Positions 48,909 to 62,710 of a DNA stretch of 64,000 bases are shown in pieces; position 1 is the stretch's first letter, and the number at the start of each line of letters is the position of its first letter. This DNA comes from Candidatus Ozemobacteraceae bacterium. GTDB lineage: Bacteria > Muiribacteriota > Ozemobacteria > Ozemobacterales > Ozemobacteraceae. A program made the translations under genes and the position numbers. The notes under the pieces were generated by a model. That model had not been told where the DNA came from. It did not search any database and saw nothing but the letters and a program-made list of their open reading frames with translations. The stretch covers positions 3,168,001-3,232,000 of the forward strand of contig OZ223236.1 in assembly GCA_965140445.1 (NCBI GenBank), in the 5' to 3' direction.

Positions 48909-50111
48909 ATGGATATTGCAAAAAAAATTATGGAACTGGCTGAAAAGTATAGAGACTACACTGCAGCAAACCTTGGTAAAATGGTTAAAATTCCATCGGA
49001 AAGTATGCAGGAAAAAGATGTTCAGGCTGAAGTCGTTCGCCAGATGAAGGAAGCTGGTTTTGATGAAGTTAGAACAGATGGACTTGGCAATGTTATCGGT
49101 AGAGTTGGAAACGGAAAAACCGTTATCGCTATAGATGGTCACGTTGATACTGTTGGAGTTGGTAATAAAGCAAATTGGGAATTTGATCCATTCTTAGGAG
49201 AAGTAAAAGACGGTCACGTATTAGGACGTGGAACTGTCGACCAGGAAGGTGGAATTGCTTCTGCGATAACTTCTGGTAAAATTTTAAAAGAACTTGGATT
49301 TGATAAAGATGTAACTTTTTATGTAGTAAGTTCAGTTATGGAAGAAGATTGTGATGGTCTTTGCTGGAAATATCTGGTAGAAGAAGAAAAACTTAAACCT
49401 GATTTCGTAATCAGTACTGAACCTACTAATCTCAATATTTACAGAGGCCATCGTGGCAGAATGGAAATCGGTATTGATTTTCGCGGAATTTCCTGCCACG
49501 GATCTGCTCCTGAAAGAGGGAAAAATGCAGTCTATATGGCTTCAAAAGTTGCATTAGAAATTGAAAAACTTAATGAAAGATTAAAAAATGATGAATTCCT
49601 TGGAAAAGGAACTGTAACTATTTCAGAATTTAAATCTGGAAGCCCATCATTATGTGCTGTTGCTGATTCAGTTCACATCCACCTTGACAGAAGACTTACC
49701 TGGGGTGAAACCAAAGAATCCGCAGTTAAAGAAGTTGAAGATGTTATTACAGCTTGTGGTCTTAAACTTAATGATGAAGCAACTGTAGAAGTTCTTCATT
49801 ATGAAGAAGTGGCTTACACAGGTCTCAAATATGGTATGGAAAAATATTTCCCAACCTGGAAACTTGAAGAAAGCGAACCAGTTGTTCAAACTGGCGTAAA
49901 AAGCTTTAAAGAACTGTTTAATAAAGATCCAAAAATTGATAAATGGACCTTCTCAACCAACGGAGTAACAATTAACGGTTATTATAAAATACCTATGATT
50001 GGCTTTGGACCAGGAAATGAAGTTCTTGCCCATGCTCCTAATGAAAAATGTCCAGTAGAAGACCTTGTTAAAGCATCTGCATTTTATGCAATGTATGCTT
50101 ATAACCTCTAA
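48909..50111 (+). CDS. ygeY: YgeY-family M20 hydrolase
   Basis: DGHVDTVG.G, GRGTVDQEGG, EEDCDGLCW, RGHRGRME, CHGSAPERG.NA, WTFSTNGV, AHAPNE. Confidence 0.92.
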   Translation: MDIAKKIMELAEKYRDYTAANLGKMVKIPSESMQEKDVQAEVVRQMKEAGFDEVRTDGLGNVIGRVGNGKTVIAIDGHVDTVGVGNKANWEFDPFLGEVKDGHVLGRGTVDQEGGIASAITSGKILKELGFDKDVTFYVVSSVMEEDCDGLCWKYLVEEEKLKPDFVISTEPTNLNIYRGHRGRMEIGIDFRGISCHGSAPERGKNAVYMASKVALEIEKLNERLKNDEFLGKGTVTISEFKSGSPSLCAVADSVHIHLDRRLTWGETKESAVKEVEDVITACGLKLNDEATVEVLHYEEVAYTGLKYGMEKYFPTWKLEESEPVVQTGVKSFKELFNKDPKIDKWTFSTNGVTINGYYKIPMIGFGPGNEVLAHAPNEKCPVEDLVKASAFYAMYAYNL

Positions 50112-50163
50112 AAAATTAGCAGTGTTCTGCTCTTAATACTTTTAAAAATCAAAGGAAAAGAAT

Positions 50164-51351
50164 ATGAATCAATTGAACGCTTTAATTCAGGAAATTAGAA
50201 ATTATAAATCAAATCTTGCCGGAACAGATTTTCTTCTCACATGGGAAAAAACCGTTGAGGAACTTAAGCAGATCTTAGCAGTTAGTGACGCTCTTAAACT
50301 TATGAGAAGCAAAAATATCTCAACTAGAGTTTTTGATAGTGGTCTTGCAGTTTCTCTTTTCAGAGATAATTCTACCAGAACAAGATTTTCTTATTCTTCA
50401 GCTTGTAACCTTCTTGGACTTGAAGTTCAGGATCTTGATGAAGGCAAATCTCAGATTGCACACGGTGAAACTGTTCGTGAAACCGCTAATATGATTTCTT
50501 TCCTGACTGAAGCCATTGGAATCCGAGATGATATGTATCTTGGAGCGGGCAATGCTTATATGAGAGAAGTAGGCGAATCACTTGATGACGGTCATGAAAA
50601 GGGCGTTCTTCCTCAGAGACCAAGAATTGTAAATCTCCAATGTGACATTGATCACCCAACTCAGTCTATGGCTGATTTAGCATGGTTAAAAGAACACTTT
50701 GGCGGTCTTGATAATCTTAAAGGCAAAAAAATTGCTATGACATGGGCTTATTCTCCAAGTTATGGTAAACCACTTTCAGTTCCTCAGGGAATTATTGGTC
50801 TGATGACCAGATTCGGAATGGATGTTACACTTGCTCATCCTGAAGGATATGGATTAATTCCTGATGTAATGGAAGTTGCTAAAAAGAACGCTAAAGAAAC
50901 TGGCGGAAGCTTTACAGTTGCGAAAACTATGGATGAAGCTTTCAAAGGCGCTGACATCGTTTATCCAAAAAGCTGGGCTCCTTATGCTGTTATGGGCAAA
51001 AGAACAGAATTGCTCCGCAAGAATGACCACGATGGTTTGAAAGCTCTTGAAAAAGAATGTCTCACTAATAATGCTAAATATAAAGATTGGGAATGTACTG
51101 CTGAAAAAATGAAGCTTACCAAAAATGGCGAAGCTCTTTATATGCATTGTCTTCCAGCAGATATTACCGGCGTTTCTTGCAAAGCCGGTGAAGTTAGCGC
51201 AGATGTTTTTGAAAAATACAGAATTGAAACTTACAAAGAAGCTGGTTATAAGCCATATATCATTGCAGCAATGATGCTTACAAGCAGATTTGGTGATCCG
51301 GCTGGTCTTTTGGAAAAATTGATTGAGTGGAACACACCAAGAGTTCTATAG
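50164..51351 (+). CDS. ygeW: knotted carbamoyltransferase YgeW
   Basis: FRDNSTRTRFS, HGETVRETANMISF, NLQCDIDHPTQ, WAYSPSYGKPLSVPQG, MHCLPADI. Confidence 0.96.
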   Translation: MNQLNALIQEIRNYKSNLAGTDFLLTWEKTVEELKQILAVSDALKLMRSKNISTRVFDSGLAVSLFRDNSTRTRFSYSSACNLLGLEVQDLDEGKSQIAHGETVRETANMISFLTEAIGIRDDMYLGAGNAYMREVGESLDDGHEKGVLPQRPRIVNLQCDIDHPTQSMADLAWLKEHFGGLDNLKGKKIAMTWAYSPSYGKPLSVPQGIIGLMTRFGMDVTLAHPEGYGLIPDVMEVAKKNAKETGGSFTVAKTMDEAFKGADIVYPKSWAPYAVMGKRTELLRKNDHDGLKALEKECLTNNAKYKDWECTAEKMKLTKNGEALYMHCLPADITGVSCKAGEVSADVFEKYRIETYKEAGYKPYIIAAMMLTSRFGDPAGLLEKLIEWNTPRVL

Positions 51352-51359
51352 TTAAATAG

Positions 51360-51398
51360 ATAAGGCTCCCGATTAATCGGGGGCCTTATTTTTTTATT
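51360..51398 (+). terminator. intrinsic terminator after ygeW
   Basis: ATAAGGCTCCCGAT-ta-ATCGGGGGCCTTATTTTTT. Confidence 0.8.
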
Positions 51399-51417
51399 AA
51401 ATTTTTGGAGGATTTGA

Positions 51418-52404
51418 ATGAGAAATTTTAATTTTAAGCCGTTGTTTTTTCTTTTAATCATGGGTTTTTCCGTGACTACCTGCTTCTCTGCACCAGAAAC
51501 TTTAAATAAAGCAGATATAAAGAAGGAGCTTCTTCAGGGGCAAAGTCCGGTTACCGAATTTTTGACAAAAGTTTCCGGTGAACTGAACCAGAATATGGAA
51601 AAAGCCATTTCAGAAGGAAAGGTATCTCCACAGGATAGAGATTCGGTAACCAAAGCCTTAAAAGAGTTTACAGGCAGCATATTTACAGAAGCTGAAAAAC
51701 TTAGAAAAGAATTAAAAGAAATTGAATTCCGTTTGCAACTTGATATGGAAATCATAAATCTTGCGATTCAAATTTCTGATACCCAAATGGTTAACACCCT
51801 TATAAATAATTGGAAAGGCGATGTTAGAGAAATTTTGATTTTGACTGCAGCACAAAGGTTTCAAATGATGAAAATTGACTTTAATAAAGAATTTGAAGCT
51901 ATGTTAAAAGAATGCAAGGAATCTAAAGACCCGACTGTTGTTGCTGCTGTAGATAAATTTTTGAATCAGTTTTTTAGAAATCCAGCTGGAATGCCTTTTC
52001 CAGCATTTCCAAAAGGAATGAAAACTACTGATGGAAAAGAACTTTCACTTGAAAGATTTAAGGGAAAAGTTCTTCTGGTTGATTTTTGGGCAACCTGGTG
52101 CCCACCATGTCGGGCAGAAATTCCAAATTTAGTAAAAGCATATAATGAATTCAAAGATAAGGGATTTGAAATTATTGGTATCTCTTTTGATAAAAGTAGA
52201 GATGACTTTGATTCATATCTGACCGAAAATAAAATGGAATGGCCTCAGTATTTTGACGGCAAAGGCTGGGAAAATGAAGTTGGCCCTACCTATGGAATTC
52301 AATCGATTCCAACTATGTATCTTCTTGATAAAGAAGGAAAAGTTATTACCACTGAATTACGTGGTGGGAAACTAGAGGAAGAGTTAGCAAAACAACTAAA
52401 GTAA
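51418..52404 (+). CDS. exported TlpA-like thiol-disulfide oxidoreductase
   Basis: signal peptide; KGKVLLVDFWATWCPPCRAEIP; IQSIPT. Confidence 0.9.
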   Translation: MRNFNFKPLFFLLIMGFSVTTCFSAPETLNKADIKKELLQGQSPVTEFLTKVSGELNQNMEKAISEGKVSPQDRDSVTKALKEFTGSIFTEAEKLRKELKEIEFRLQLDMEIINLAIQISDTQMVNTLINNWKGDVREILILTAAQRFQMMKIDFNKEFEAMLKECKESKDPTVVAAVDKFLNQFFRNPAGMPFPAFPKGMKTTDGKELSLERFKGKVLLVDFWATWCPPCRAEIPNLVKAYNEFKDKGFEIIGISFDKSRDDFDSYLTENKMEWPQYFDGKGWENEVGPTYGIQSIPTMYLLDKEGKVITTELRGGKLEEELAKQLK

Positions 52405-52415
52405 TTGATTGGTAT

Positions 52416-52460
52416 GAAAAAAGGCCTGCCTCTTTATGAGGCAGGCCTTTTTTCATTTTT
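52416..52460. terminator. bidirectional intrinsic terminator
   Basis: AAAAAAGGCCTGCCTC-tttat-GAGGCAGGCCTTTTTT. Confidence 0.9.
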
Positions 52461-52473
52461 GAAATTTACTATT

Positions 52474-53811
52474 TTAGAATCTATCCCAGAGACCTTGAGC
52501 AAGTTCACGAGATTTTGCCATCATCTCTTCTTCTTCGCCGTCAGCAAGGAAGGTAAGTTTGCCATCTTCCATTAGTGTTTTTCCCTGAGCGATAGTGGTG
52601 TGGACCTTTGAGAAAGGCAATCCAAAAGTCAAATGACCATATGTATTGTTGGCTGTTACTGGAGTTGGTGGTATGTAATCCCAAAGAGCCAGATCTGCTG
52701 CTGCACCTTCTTCAATTACGCCAAGTTTTTTACCAAACATTTTATGGGCTAGTCTTGGACCATTAACAGCAAACATTTTCCAGGCTTCGCCATAAATCTT
52801 TCTTGGATCTTTATGTTCATGTTTGTGAAGAATGTTAGCTACTGCAAGATCTTCAAGAGGTGATGCAGACATTCCATCCGTTCCAAAGCTTACATTAATC
52901 TTTTCTTCAAGCATAGCTTCAAGAGGAGAGCAACCTACAGCATTATTCATATTTGATCTTGGGTTATGAACAACGTTTGTTTTTGTAAGTCCAAGAGTTT
53001 GAATATCATGAGCATCACAATGAACTCCGTGAACAAAAATACTTTCAGGACCTGTAAGATTAAACTTATGAAGTCTATCGACAACAGATCTGTAACCACG
53101 AGTTACTGCATCATCATTGTCAGCTTTATCTTCTGCAACATGAATATGAACGCCTGTTTTCAGGGATTTCATTAGCTCAGCAGCTCTCTCAAGGCTGGTA
53201 TCACTTAAAGTGAAGCTGGCATGCAGGCCAATCATTCCAGTAAAAGCAGGATCATTTTCTAATTTCAAACCGCGAATGAAATTTGCATTTTCTTCGAAGC
53301 CTGCATCTCTTCTCTCTGCTCCATCTCTATCAGATACTTCATAGCAGAAAGAACCGCGAAGGCCACACTTTTTAAAGGCATCTCTTAAAACATTCAATGA
53401 GCCATCAATGTAGTTTGGACTAGCATGATGATCGATTAAAGTGGTAACACCATTTCTAACCGCATCCAAAAGAGGAATCATGGCAGTGAGATAAAGATCT
53501 TCTTTTGTTAGAGCTTTATCAAGTCTCCACCAAAGTCTTTCAAGGATTTGAACAAAATTCACTGGTGGTTCATCTTTTAACGAAATACCACGCGCAAAAG
53601 TTGAATATAAATGCATGTGAGTATTTACTATTCCAGGCATTAGAAGTTTTCCATTGGCATTCTTTACTTTTGCTTTTGGAAAACGCTTTTTTAAATCTTC
53701 TGTGCTACCAACGGCGTGAATTTTCTTTTCATCATATGCTACTGCTCCATCATTTATAACCTGATGGTTGTCTCCTAGAGTAACTACTGTGGCATGACCT
53801 ATAATCTTCAT
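52474..53811 (-). CDS. ssnA: SsnA-family amidohydrolase
   Basis: MPGIVNTHMHLYSTFARG, F..ILE.LWWRLD, GVTT.IDHHASP, YEVSDRDG, GLHASFTLSD, HNPRSNMNNAVG. Confidence 0.92.
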   Translation of the reverse strand: MKIIGHATVVTLGDNHQVINDGAVAYDEKKIHAVGSTEDLKKRFPKAKVKNANGKLLMPGIVNTHMHLYSTFARGISLKDEPPVNFVQILERLWWRLDKALTKEDLYLTAMIPLLDAVRNGVTTLIDHHASPNYIDGSLNVLRDAFKKCGLRGSFCYEVSDRDGAERRDAGFEENANFIRGLKLENDPAFTGMIGLHASFTLSDTSLERAAELMKSLKTGVHIHVAEDKADNDDAVTRGYRSVVDRLHKFNLTGPESIFVHGVHCDAHDIQTLGLTKTNVVHNPRSNMNNAVGCSPLEAMLEEKINVSFGTDGMSASPLEDLAVANILHKHEHKDPRKIYGEAWKMFAVNGPRLAHKMFGKKLGVIEEGAAADLALWDYIPPTPVTANNTYGHLTFGLPFSKVHTTIAQGKTLMEDGKLTFLADGEEEEMMAKSRELAQGLWDRF

Positions 53812-53934
53812 TAAAAACCTCTTTCCTGAAATTTTGTTTTAATAATTCTATGAGAAGCTAACACAATTAAAATTACATTTGCAACTTTATTTAAGTGTCT
53901 TAAGCACTATAAATAGTAGGTTATGGCAAGAAAC

Positions 53935-55311
53935 TTACTTGTTTAATGTCTTATAAATTTCAATGCTTCTTTCATTTTGCTTTCTGACTAATGAATTCAA
54001 TTCTTCTGGAGAAAATCTTGTGAATTCTCCATTTTCGATAAGCAATTCACCATGCACAATCGACATGTCAACCTGATCTGCAGCACAGAAAACCAATGCC
54101 GCCAAAGGATCTGTTGAGCTACCTGCCTGACGAAGACTATCAAGGCGGAATCCGATTAAATCAGCTTCATAGCCTGGTTTTAAATAGCCAATATCGTCTC
54201 GACCAATAACCTTGGCCCCACCTATTGTGCCAAACTTCAATGCATCTCTTGCAGTAATGCAATCAGCTGTTTTTAGAACTCTTTGCAATAGCATACAATT
54301 TCTGACTTCAAGCATCATGTTAGAACAATCATTACTGGCAGAACCATCTACTGCTAGACTAACAGGAACGTTCGCTTTATTAAATTCTACTATTGGTGCT
54401 ATTCCTGAGGCCAATCTCATATTGCTGGTAGGGCAGTGAGCTACTCCACCTTGGGCCTTACTCATGACTTCTATTTCATCAGGGGAAAAATGAACACAAT
54501 GGGCATAGAAGGAATTTTCATCCATCCATCCAAGATCTTCCATTAGCTTAACTGGTTTAACACCGTATTCTTTAATACAAAAATCTTCTTCATCTTTGGT
54601 TTCAGCCAAATGAGTATGGGTTTTTAAACCCTTGGAGGTTGCATATTTTTTAGCTTCAACCATAAGCTCTTTTGTTACTGAAAACGGTGAACAAGGAGCT
54701 ACAATAATTCTTGTCATTCCGCCTTTTTCGGCTTCGTGGACTTTAGAAACAAGTTCATCCGTTTCTTTCATAATTGTGTCTTCATCTTGAACAACAGAAT
54801 CAGGTGGTAGTCCTCCATCTTTCTTTGAGCGTGACATACTGCCTCGACAAAGGTGAAAACGCATTCCAGTTTTCATCGCAGCCTCTATCTGTCTGTAATA
54901 AAGGTTGCTGGCACCATTCGGAACCATATAGGAGTGATCAACAGCTGTTGTACAACCGCTCTTTAATAATTCCAGAGTAGCGATTGTTGTTGAAAGGAAG
55001 AAATCGTCTTCTTTTATCTGGGCCCAAAGTGGATATAGTTTTACAAGCCAGGTAAACAATTTTGCATCCTGGACTACGGGAAAGTTTCTTGTTAAGGTTT
55101 GATAAAAATGATGATGGGTGTTAACCAAACCTGGCATTATGAGTAGCTCTTCAGCATCAATATTTTGAGCATCAGCTGCCATTGGTGAAAGTTCCTGAGC
55201 ACTACCAACAGCCTTAATTTCGGAGCCATCAACTAAGATGGATACATTTTCTAATACAGGCTCATCGCCGCCCGCCCAAAAATATTTAGCATTTTTTATA
55301 AATAATTTCAT
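53935..55311 (-). CDS. 8-oxoguanine deaminase-like amidohydrolase
   Basis: PGLVNTHHHFYQTLTR, LF.WL..LYP.W, RGSMS.SKKDGGLPPDSVVQ, APCSPFSVT, HTHLAET.DE, VDGSASND. Confidence 0.88.
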   Translation of the reverse strand: MKLFIKNAKYFWAGGDEPVLENVSILVDGSEIKAVGSAQELSPMAADAQNIDAEELLIMPGLVNTHHHFYQTLTRNFPVVQDAKLFTWLVKLYPLWAQIKEDDFFLSTTIATLELLKSGCTTAVDHSYMVPNGASNLYYRQIEAAMKTGMRFHLCRGSMSRSKKDGGLPPDSVVQDEDTIMKETDELVSKVHEAEKGGMTRIIVAPCSPFSVTKELMVEAKKYATSKGLKTHTHLAETKDEEDFCIKEYGVKPVKLMEDLGWMDENSFYAHCVHFSPDEIEVMSKAQGGVAHCPTSNMRLASGIAPIVEFNKANVPVSLAVDGSASNDCSNMMLEVRNCMLLQRVLKTADCITARDALKFGTIGGAKVIGRDDIGYLKPGYEADLIGFRLDSLRQAGSSTDPLAALVFCAADQVDMSIVHGELLIENGEFTRFSPEELNSLVRKQNERSIEIYKTLNK

Positions 55312-55446
55312 GTGCCGCTTTCCTTAAAATTTTTTATTTATTTTACTACATCTTCTTTTATTTCACCAGATGTTTGACCAGCAAAATCCCTATATGCTAT
55401 GCTTCCACTGTTGATATTGTGAAACCTTAAGGAGATCTTTACACCT

Positions 55447-56019
55447 ATGCGTAAATTGTTTACGAGCTTTGCAGTTTGCTTTTTGAGTATCCTTCTTTTT
55501 TCAGCCCCCAGTTTTGCGGCAGATAGTAAATTGCCCACAAGCATGGTTACAATAGGAGAAGGAGATGACTTTATTGATTCAGAAGTAGAACTTAATATTG
55601 GTGATACCGCTCCTGAATTTTCTTTACCAAACTTATCAACCGATAAGATGGAAAGCCTTAAAGATTATATCGGAAAACCAATTGTTCTTTTCTTTATTCA
55701 AAGTGCCTGTTACTCATGTCTCCAGGAAGCGAAAGCTTTAAAGGAAGTTAAAGATAAATATGGTGATAAGCTTAACGTTATTGCTGTAGGAGTTGATCTT
55801 CTTGGAAAGCCAATGCTGGTTTCATGGGCCGCACACAATAGCATTAACTATCCGGTTTTATTAGACCCAATTTTTTCAGTTCCAGAAAAATACGGTTTTT
55901 CATTTACACCAAGCAGTGTAATTATTGATAAGGAAGGTAAAATAGCATTTATTCACGCCGGTTACCGACCTGCTGATATAGAGATTATTGAAAATAAAAT
56001 TAAAGAACTAGTCAAGTAA
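55447..56019 (+). CDS. exported redoxin (TlpA/AhpC-TSA-like)
   Basis: signal peptide; IGDTAPEFSL; CYSC. Confidence 0.85.
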   Translation: MRKLFTSFAVCFLSILLFSAPSFAADSKLPTSMVTIGEGDDFIDSEVELNIGDTAPEFSLPNLSTDKMESLKDYIGKPIVLFFIQSACYSCLQEAKALKEVKDKYGDKLNVIAVGVDLLGKPMLVSWAAHNSINYPVLLDPIFSVPEKYGFSFTPSSVIIDKEGKIAFIHAGYRPADIEIIENKIKELVK

Positions 56020-56032
56020 GACTTTAAAGATT

Positions 56033-56071
56033 TAAAGGCTTCTCGCATTGCGGGGAGCCTTTATTCTTTTT
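56033..56071 (+). terminator. intrinsic terminator
   Basis: AAAGGCTTCTCGC-att-GCGGGGAGCCTTTATTCTTTT. Confidence 0.75.
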
Positions 56072-56086
56072 AAGGAGTTTGCCAGT

Positions 56087-56953
56087 ATGAAAATAACATT
56101 CGATTGTTTACCTTGTTTTATCAAACACACTATTGAAATTTCTGAAAGATTTTCCAATGGAAATATCGAATTTCAGGAAAAAATGCTTCGTAAGCTATTT
56201 AAACGACTTTCTACAATAGATTTTTCCTTAACTCCACCAGAATTAGCGGGTGAAATTCATCAATATCTCCGAGAAGAGTTAAAAATTGAGGATCCTTACA
56301 AACAGATCAAAATTGATTCAAACCTTACTGCCGAAAAAATTATCCCTGAATTAAGGAATAATATAAACTTTGCTAGTCAGCCAAATTTAATGGCTCTAAA
56401 ATATTCTATCGCCGGAAACATTATCGATTCTGGAATCTCTGCAGAAACTCCATTAAATGAAATAATGGATTCTATAAAAATGGCAGAAAATGAAAAGCCG
56501 GAAATAGATCACAGTGTTGAGCTGCTTCACAAACTTGAAAATTCCAATAGAATAGTAGTGTTGGGAGACAATGCTGGGGAAATTTTCTTTGACCGCCTCC
56601 TATTAGAAAGATTAGTAAAAAAAGACCGAAAGATTTTTTATGTAGTAAAATCAGGCCCAATATTGAATGATGCGCTCGAAGAAGACGCTTTTAAGGCTGG
56701 AATTAATGAATTTGCTATTATAGTTCCTAATGGAACGCAGATTCCCGGTAATCCTCAAAAAAGAATTTTTAAAGATGTTTTGGATCTAATTAATTCGGCA
56801 GATCTGGTTTTATCAAAAGGGCAAGCAAATTTTGAAACTCTCAGCGATTTTAAACATAAAAATCTCTTCTTTTTGCTTAGAGCAAAATGCGACGTAATCG
56901 CTGAAAAAGCAGGTGTTAAACGCGGAGCGTTCATCGTAAAAAAACAAAATTAA
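56087..56953 (+). CDS. DUF89/ARMT1-like damage-control phosphatase
   Basis: DCLPCF, DPYK..K..SN, AGNIID, GDNAGEI.FD, PILNDA, SKGQANFETL; ATG after SD AAGGAG. Confidence 0.9.
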   Translation: MKITFDCLPCFIKHTIEISERFSNGNIEFQEKMLRKLFKRLSTIDFSLTPPELAGEIHQYLREELKIEDPYKQIKIDSNLTAEKIIPELRNNINFASQPNLMALKYSIAGNIIDSGISAETPLNEIMDSIKMAENEKPEIDHSVELLHKLENSNRIVVLGDNAGEIFFDRLLLERLVKKDRKIFYVVKSGPILNDALEEDAFKAGINEFAIIVPNGTQIPGNPQKRIFKDVLDLINSADLVLSKGQANFETLSDFKHKNLFFLLRAKCDVIAEKAGVKRGAFIVKKQN

Positions 56954-56970
56954 TTTTTTCCCTTTTTTTG

Positions 56971-56999
56971 TTGACTATGTACCCCGCATCTGTTAAGAT
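56971..56999 (+). promoter_or_regulatory. rRNA operon promoter P1 TTGACT-N17-TAAGAT
   Basis: near-consensus hexamers upstream of 16S. Confidence 0.75.
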
Positions 57000-57098
57000 A
57001 TTTGAACCTTCGAAACGAGGTCGGACCGGTAAGCCCGGGTCGAAATCGGGAGGTAAAAAAAGATCTAGAAAACTTTGAAAAAAGTTTTTAAAAAATGG

Positions 57099-57127
57099 TT
57101 GACATTGAAAACCGTTTTTGATAAGCT
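57099..57127 (+). promoter_or_regulatory. rRNA operon promoter P2 TTGACA-N17-TAAGCT
   Basis: consensus -35 with AT-rich UP-like tract. Confidence 0.8.
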
Positions 57128-57170
57128 AGATTTCCTGCCACGGCGGGTCGGCCCAAAACCGGGTCGAATA

Positions 57171-57184
57171 AGCTCTTTGAGAAT
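57171..57184 (+). promoter_or_regulatory. boxA-like antitermination element
   Basis: AGCTCTTTGAGAAT after a hairpin; second copy GTTCTTTGAAAAT in the ITS (~59034). Confidence 0.65.
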
Positions 57185-57361
57185 CAGATCGAAAGACTAA
57201 TAAAACTATAACGCCAAGCGGTTTTTGTTTAACGACAAGAACCTATTTGATTCGATGTTACAACATCGATTTTGAGTTAAGTTGAATCTTGAAACAGATC
57301 AGCAATAACTCCATAATAATGTAGATGGCGGGTTCCGAAAGGAACTTGTTGTTTAATAATT

Positions 57362-58923
<1,562 letters not shown>

Positions 58924-59146
58924 AGGGAGACATGTTGCTGGAATAAGACCTGCTTCGGTGGGCATCGCAGGAACGTATCTTCGTCGAGTTTGGCGATGTT
59001 GAACTTAGTCTTTCGGTCTTTCTATATTTTATAGTTCTTTGAAAATAATATCTTTGATGAAAGACATCCAAAATTAAAAGGTCTTTTTGTAATGGATTTG
59101 CACGCAAGTGCGAGTGCAGTATGAAAGAATTGATCGAGTGCAATAG

Positions 59147-62193
<3,047 letters not shown>

Positions 62194-62318
62194 TAGCATC
62201 TGCAAGTATTTATACTTAGCAGATCATCTCGATCAGATGCGGACCTTTTATTTAAATGAATTTCATCAAAGATATTTATGTGTTGGTGGGTGACAAGCCC
62301 ACCAACATATTATAATTT

Positions 62319-62436
62319 TCCTGGTGGTAATGGTCTCGAGGAAACACCTGATCCCATTCCGAACTCAGCAGTTAAGCTCGAAGACGCCTATGATACTGCG
62401 GGGGTGACTCCGTGGGAAAGTCGGTCGCCGCCAGGT
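62319..62436 (+). rRNA. rrf: 5S rRNA
   Basis: CCTGGTGG...CCCATTCCGAAC...CGCCAGG terminal stem. Confidence 0.97.
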
Positions 62437-62440
62437 CTAT

Positions 62441-62480
62441 AAAAGCTCCAAGCAATAAAGCTTGGAGCTTTTTCCTTTTT
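62441..62480 (+). terminator. rRNA operon terminator
   Basis: AAAAGCTCCAAGC-aataaa-GCTTGGAGCTTTTT. Confidence 0.9.
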
Positions 62481-62710
62481 AGTCAGACAGGAATTTAAAG
62501 ATAAGCAAAATCCTGGTGGATATTTTTTTATAAATTTAAACTCTAAAGATTTAGAATTTTTGTTTTCGTGCTTTTTTTAGTTTTAAAACCATTTTTCCAA
62601 TTTTTTTCAATTAACCCTTCAAAAAATAACTTAAATTCTTCTTTTTAACCTTTCTATTCATCATTAAATTACTTATAATTAAAAAGTTAATTAAAATTGG
62701 AGGTTGTCTT

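Noticed and set aside
46164..56019. Selenocysteine or stop-codon recoding in the yge cluster or redoxins
   Set aside because: The ORFs are full-length with Cys codons in the CxxC motifs; no in-frame TGA needs to be read through
58924..59146. tRNA-Ile/Ala in the ITS
   Set aside because: No T-loop (GTTCRA) or cloverleaf found
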